A stretch of 19,401 nt of DNA, from contig CAYWGS010000020.1 of NCBI GenBank assembly GCA_964457525.1, forward strand, positions 1 through 19,401. The letters run 5' to 3'. Positions 16,559 to 19,401 of this stretch are shown here, in pieces. This DNA comes from an uncultured Erysipelotrichaceae bacterium (GTDB taxonomy: Bacteria; Bacillota_I; Bacilli_A; Erysipelotrichales; Erysipelotrichaceae). A program made the position numbers and the translations under genes. The notes below the pieces were generated by a model. That model was not told the origin of the DNA. It searched no databases and saw only the letters and a list, made by a program, of their open reading frames with translations. The stretch's first letter is position 1. The number at the start of each line of letters is the position of its first letter.

Positions 16559-18959
16559 AGTCATTAATTGGTTTAATTTTCCAAATATCATCCGCATACT
16601 CTTGAATCGTACGATCCGAAGAGAAGAAGCCTGATTGTGCAATATTAACTAAACACATTCTAGCCCAATATTCTTTATCTAAGTATCTTCTTTCAACTTC
16701 TCTTTGAGCTTCGACATATGCTCTAAAGTCTGCTAATAAGAAATACTCATCATTTCTAAACATAAGTTCATCATAGATTGTTTTGAACTCTTCAACACTT
16801 GTACTAAAGGTTCCATCTGTAAATGAATTAACCACCGCTTTAAGTTCAGGATCCTTGTTTACATACTCCCAAGCATCATAACCATTCGCCTTTAGCTCTT
16901 CAATTTCTTCAACCTTTAGACCAAATATAACATCATATTCTGATCCAACATGTTCATGGATTTCAACATTCGCTCCATCTAAGGTACCTAATGTGATTGC
17001 CCCATTCATCATAAACTTCATATTACCTGTACCAGATGCTTCTTTACCTGCCGTAGAGATTTGTTCAGAAACATCCGCCGCATTCATTAAGATTTCCGCA
17101 ATGGATACATTGTAATTCGGAATAAATACGACTTTCATGAATTGTGATACATATGGATCGTTATTGACTTTATCCCCAACAGCGTGAATGAGTTTAATAA
17201 CTTTCTTCGCAAAGTAATATGCAGGCGCTGCTTTAGCCGCAAAGATAAAGCTACGTGGATGCATTGTAAAGTTTGGATCGGACTTCAACTTTTGATACAA
17301 GTAGATGATATGCATAACATTTAACAATTGACGTTTGTATGCATGTAGACGTTTAGCTTGAACATCAAAGATTGAATTGGTATCTAACTCAATACCGGTA
17401 ACTTTCTTGATATAGTCTGCTAATATTTCTTTACGTTCTTGTTTTACTTTTAAGAATTCTTTTTGAAGTCTCTTCTTCTTAACATGAGGCATTAAATTAA
17501 GTAGATGATCGGGTTGATAAACATAATCTTCCCCAATCGTTTTATCCAATAATTCACGTAATTGTGGATTGGAATAAACGAGCCATCTGCGGTGTGTAAT
17601 ACCATTTGTCTTATTGTTAAACTTAGTGCTAAAGATGCGATAGAAATCCTTCATAACATCATTAATCAAGATTTCAGTATGTAACTTCGCAACACCATTA
17701 ACCGACATACTTGCGACAATCGCTAAGTTTGCCATATGAATTTGACCATCTTTAATAATCGAAACACGTTTTACGAGATCTTCTTCGTATGGGAATTGTG
17801 CTTTAACATTTTCCACAAAACGACGATTAATTTCTTCGATAATCATATAAACACGAGGTAATAAGAGTTGTACAAAATGAATTGGCCACTTTTCAAGCGC
17901 TTCAGCCATAACTGTATGATTGGTATATGCAACAGACTTCGTTACGATATTCCATGCATCATCCCAGGTATAACCATATTCATCCATGAGTAAACGCATA
18001 AGTTCAGGAATCGCAAGAACTGGATGCGTATCATTTAATTGGAATACAACTTTTTCATGTAAGTTATCTAAACTTGGATAAACTCTTAAGTGTGCTTTTA
18101 AATAGGAAATTAAACCAGCAGACACAAAGAAGTATTGTTGCTTAAGACGTAAGTAACGACCATGTTCTGTTGAATCATCTGGATAAACGTTTTGACAGAT
18201 TTCACGAACTTCGGTGATGTATTGTCTAAAGTCTTTATTTGCAGGAAGGATATCACTCGCTTCTGCACTCCATAAACGAAGCGTATTCGTTGTATCGGTA
18301 GACTTACCCACAACAGGCATATCATAAGGAACCGCTAATACATGTTCACAATCCACTTGGTTGAACACAATGCGTCCATCTTCTGTCTTACCCATTTCAA
18401 CACGACCCCAGAACTTAACGTCCACTGCGTGTTTTGGTTTGCGTACTTCCCATACATTTCCAAGTCTTAACCATTGATCCGGTACTTCAACTTGGTTACC
18501 ATCCACAATCTTCTGTCTGAATAATCCATATTCATAACGAATACAGTTTCCATGACCTGGTAAAGATAACGATGCAAGTGAATCCAAGAAACAAGCCGCT
18601 AAACGACCTAAACCACCGTTCCCTAACCCAGCATCAGACTCTAAATCTTCTAATTCGTTAATATCAATATCAAGTTCTCTTAAGCCATCACGAACTACTT
18701 CATAGATACCTAAGTTCATTAGGTTGTTGGTCATTAAACGACCAATCAAGAATTCCATTGAAAAGTAAAACATTTGTTTCGCTTCAATTTGAGCAATGGT
18801 TTCCTTGTTTTGTTTCCAATGAATCGACGCATAGTCTCGGACCATTTCGCCTAAAACCATGTATCTTTCTGTTCTATGTGATTGTTCAACGGATCGACCA
18901 TACGATTCCACAACACGTTGTGTAAAGTCGCGTTTGAATTCAAATTTATCTTTAAACAT
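16557..18959 (-). CDS. glgP: Glycogen/maltodextrin phosphorylase (GT35), 800 aa
   Basis: Contains the pyridoxal-phosphate lysine motif EASGTGNMKFMMNGA. It has typical full-length GT35 architecture, including GLGNGGLGRLAACFLDS. A strong GGAGG RBS lies at 18966-18970. Confidence 0.95.
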   Translation of the reverse strand: MFKDKFEFKRDFTQRVVESYGRSVEQSHRTERYMVLGEMVRDYASIHWKQNKETIAQIEAKQMFYFSMEFLIGRLMTNNLMNLGIYEVVRDGLRELDIDINELEDLESDAGLGNGGLGRLAACFLDSLASLSLPGHGNCIRYEYGLFRQKIVDGNQVEVPDQWLRLGNVWEVRKPKHAVDVKFWGRVEMGKTEDGRIVFNQVDCEHVLAVPYDMPVVGKSTDTTNTLRLWSAEASDILPANKDFRQYITEVREICQNVYPDDSTEHGRYLRLKQQYFFVSAGLISYLKAHLRVYPSLDNLHEKVVFQLNDTHPVLAIPELMRLLMDEYGYTWDDAWNIVTKSVAYTNHTVMAEALEKWPIHFVQLLLPRVYMIIEEINRRFVENVKAQFPYEEDLVKRVSIIKDGQIHMANLAIVASMSVNGVAKLHTEILINDVMKDFYRIFSTKFNNKTNGITHRRWLVYSNPQLRELLDKTIGEDYVYQPDHLLNLMPHVKKKRLQKEFLKVKQERKEILADYIKKVTGIELDTNSIFDVQAKRLHAYKRQLLNVMHIIYLYQKLKSDPNFTMHPRSFIFAAKAAPAYYFAKKVIKLIHAVGDKVNNDPYVSQFMKVVFIPNYNVSIAEILMNAADVSEQISTAGKEASGTGNMKFMMNGAITLGTLDGANVEIHEHVGSEYDVIFGLKVEEIEELKANGYDAWEYVNKDPELKAVVNSFTDGTFSTSVEEFKTIYDELMFRNDEYFLLADFRAYVEAQREVERRYLDKEYWARMCLVNIAQSGFFSSDRTIQEYADDIWKIKPIND

Positions 18960-18984
18960 ACTAGCCTCCTAAATAGACCCTAAC

Positions 18985-19013
18985 ATAATAGCACTAATGT
19001 TCTTTAGAGTCAT
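18985..19013 (-). promoter_or_regulatory. Possible internal promoter upstream of glgP
   Basis: The minus strand reads ATGACT (19013-19008), a 17-nt spacer, then TGcTATTAT (an extended -10, with TATTAT at 18990-18985). The -35 overlaps the glgB stop codon. Confidence 0.3.
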
Positions 19014-19401
19014 TATTTTTTATACTCAAAATAAATCCCCGCAAATGGTGCAATTCGTACCAAAATACTTTGTTGGAAGCGATGTGACTCTACATTCTCC
19101 GATTGAATTGGAAAATAGTTACACATATTACATCCATCATAAATATCTTTTTCAGTATTTAAGAGTTCGGTATAAACCCCTTCATAAGGAACCCCAAAAC
19201 GATAGGATTCATACGAAACAGGCGTCATATTAAAGATACATACAACAACAGATTGAGGATCTTCACGATAGAAAGAGTAAATTGATTGAGCTGTATTATC
19301 CGCATCAATCCATTTGAAGCCATTATGTTTAAAATCATTAAAGCTTAATGCATTGTGATACTTATAGATATGCGATAAATCACGCATATATCGATTAAAT
19401 G
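19013..19401 (-). CDS. glgB: 1,4-alpha-glucan branching enzyme, C-terminal portion (partial; the 5' end is beyond the right edge)
   Basis: The reading frame is open to the window edge (..FNRYMRDLSHIYKYHNAL..). The C-terminal domain pattern FKWIDADNTAQSIYSFYRED....VVCIFNMTPVSYESYRFGVPYEGVYTELLNTE is typical of GH13_9 branching enzymes. Confidence 0.8.
   Translation of the reverse strand, partial: FNRYMRDLSHIYKYHNALSFNDFKHNGFKWIDADNTAQSIYSFYREDPQSVVVCIFNMTPVSYESYRFGVPYEGVYTELLNTEKDIYDGCNMCNYFPIQSENVESHRFQQSILVRIAPFAGIYFEYKK

Noticed and set aside
1146-19233. Ten short ORFs in the supplied track lie inside or antisense to the large genes: 1146-1331+, 1900-2103-, 3017-3208+, 4117-4437+, 9897-10130+, 11569-11754+, 14188-14493-, 15491-15739+, 18110-18325- and 18997-19233+.
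   Set aside because: Each is fully nested in, or antisense to, a long ORF with strong family motifs. Their translations are low-complexity or have no recognisable motifs, and none has a convincing RBS. Such ORFs are expected by chance in AT-rich sequence.
1-19401. A search for defence systems, toxin-antitoxin pairs, mobile elements (transposase, integrase, inverted terminal repeats), CRISPR-like direct repeats, tRNA/rRNA genes and riboswitch-sized leaders.
   Set aside because: Coding density is very high. The longest non-coding stretch is the 137-bp divergent promoter region, and every long ORF has a confident carbohydrate-metabolism, transport or regulator assignment. I could see no repeated spacers or long repeats by eye. 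A computational repeat or ncRNA scan (Rfam/Infernal) would be needed to exclude small elements.

Overview
AT-rich (about one-third GC by eye), very gene-dense window that uses the standard genetic code (TGA acts as a stop). It looks like a low-GC Gram-positive (Bacillota-like) chromosome. Fifteen of the 16 protein genes I support are on the minus strand. I found no rRNA, tRNA, CRISPR, transposase or integrase, and no recognisable defence or toxin genes.

The window is a carbohydrate (sucrose / alpha-glucan) utilisation island with two minus-strand gene blocks flanking a plus-strand LacI-family regulator (12193-13197).

Block A, right to left:
- lipoprotein sugar-binding protein (12055-10811)
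- two CUT1 ABC permeases
- PfkB fructokinase
- a GH13_4 amylosucrase-type enzyme
- a GH13 oligo-1,6-glucosidase-family alpha-glucosidase
- a short PucR-type helix-turn-helix (HTH) protein
- an MsmX/MsmK/MalK-type ATPase
- a 428-aa cytoplasmic GH13 enzyme

Block B, right to left:
- C-terminal end of branching enzyme GlgB (partial at the right edge)
- glycogen/maltodextrin phosphorylase GlgP
- an MFS transporter
- a cytoplasmic type I pullulanase

At the left edge is a long minus-strand ORF that is missing from the supplied ORF track because it has no in-window stop. It encodes a membrane-anchored PstS-like binding-domain protein (1312 down to 1).

All function calls rest on motif and collinearity recognition by eye; I ran no database search.

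I see no self-evident new molecular system such as a defence or secretion system. The most interesting candidate is pathway architecture. An amylosucrase is coupled to a fructokinase inside an ABC importer operon. Next to it is a glg-like operon in which glgB is followed directly by glgP, with no glgC/D/A between them. This suggests a route from sucrose to intracellular alpha-glucan to glucose-1-phosphate. Secondary points are an orphan short PucR-type regulator, a perfect 15-bp palindrome at a putative ATPase promoter, an MFS gene inside the glycogen-degradation operon, and strong intra-operon terminators.
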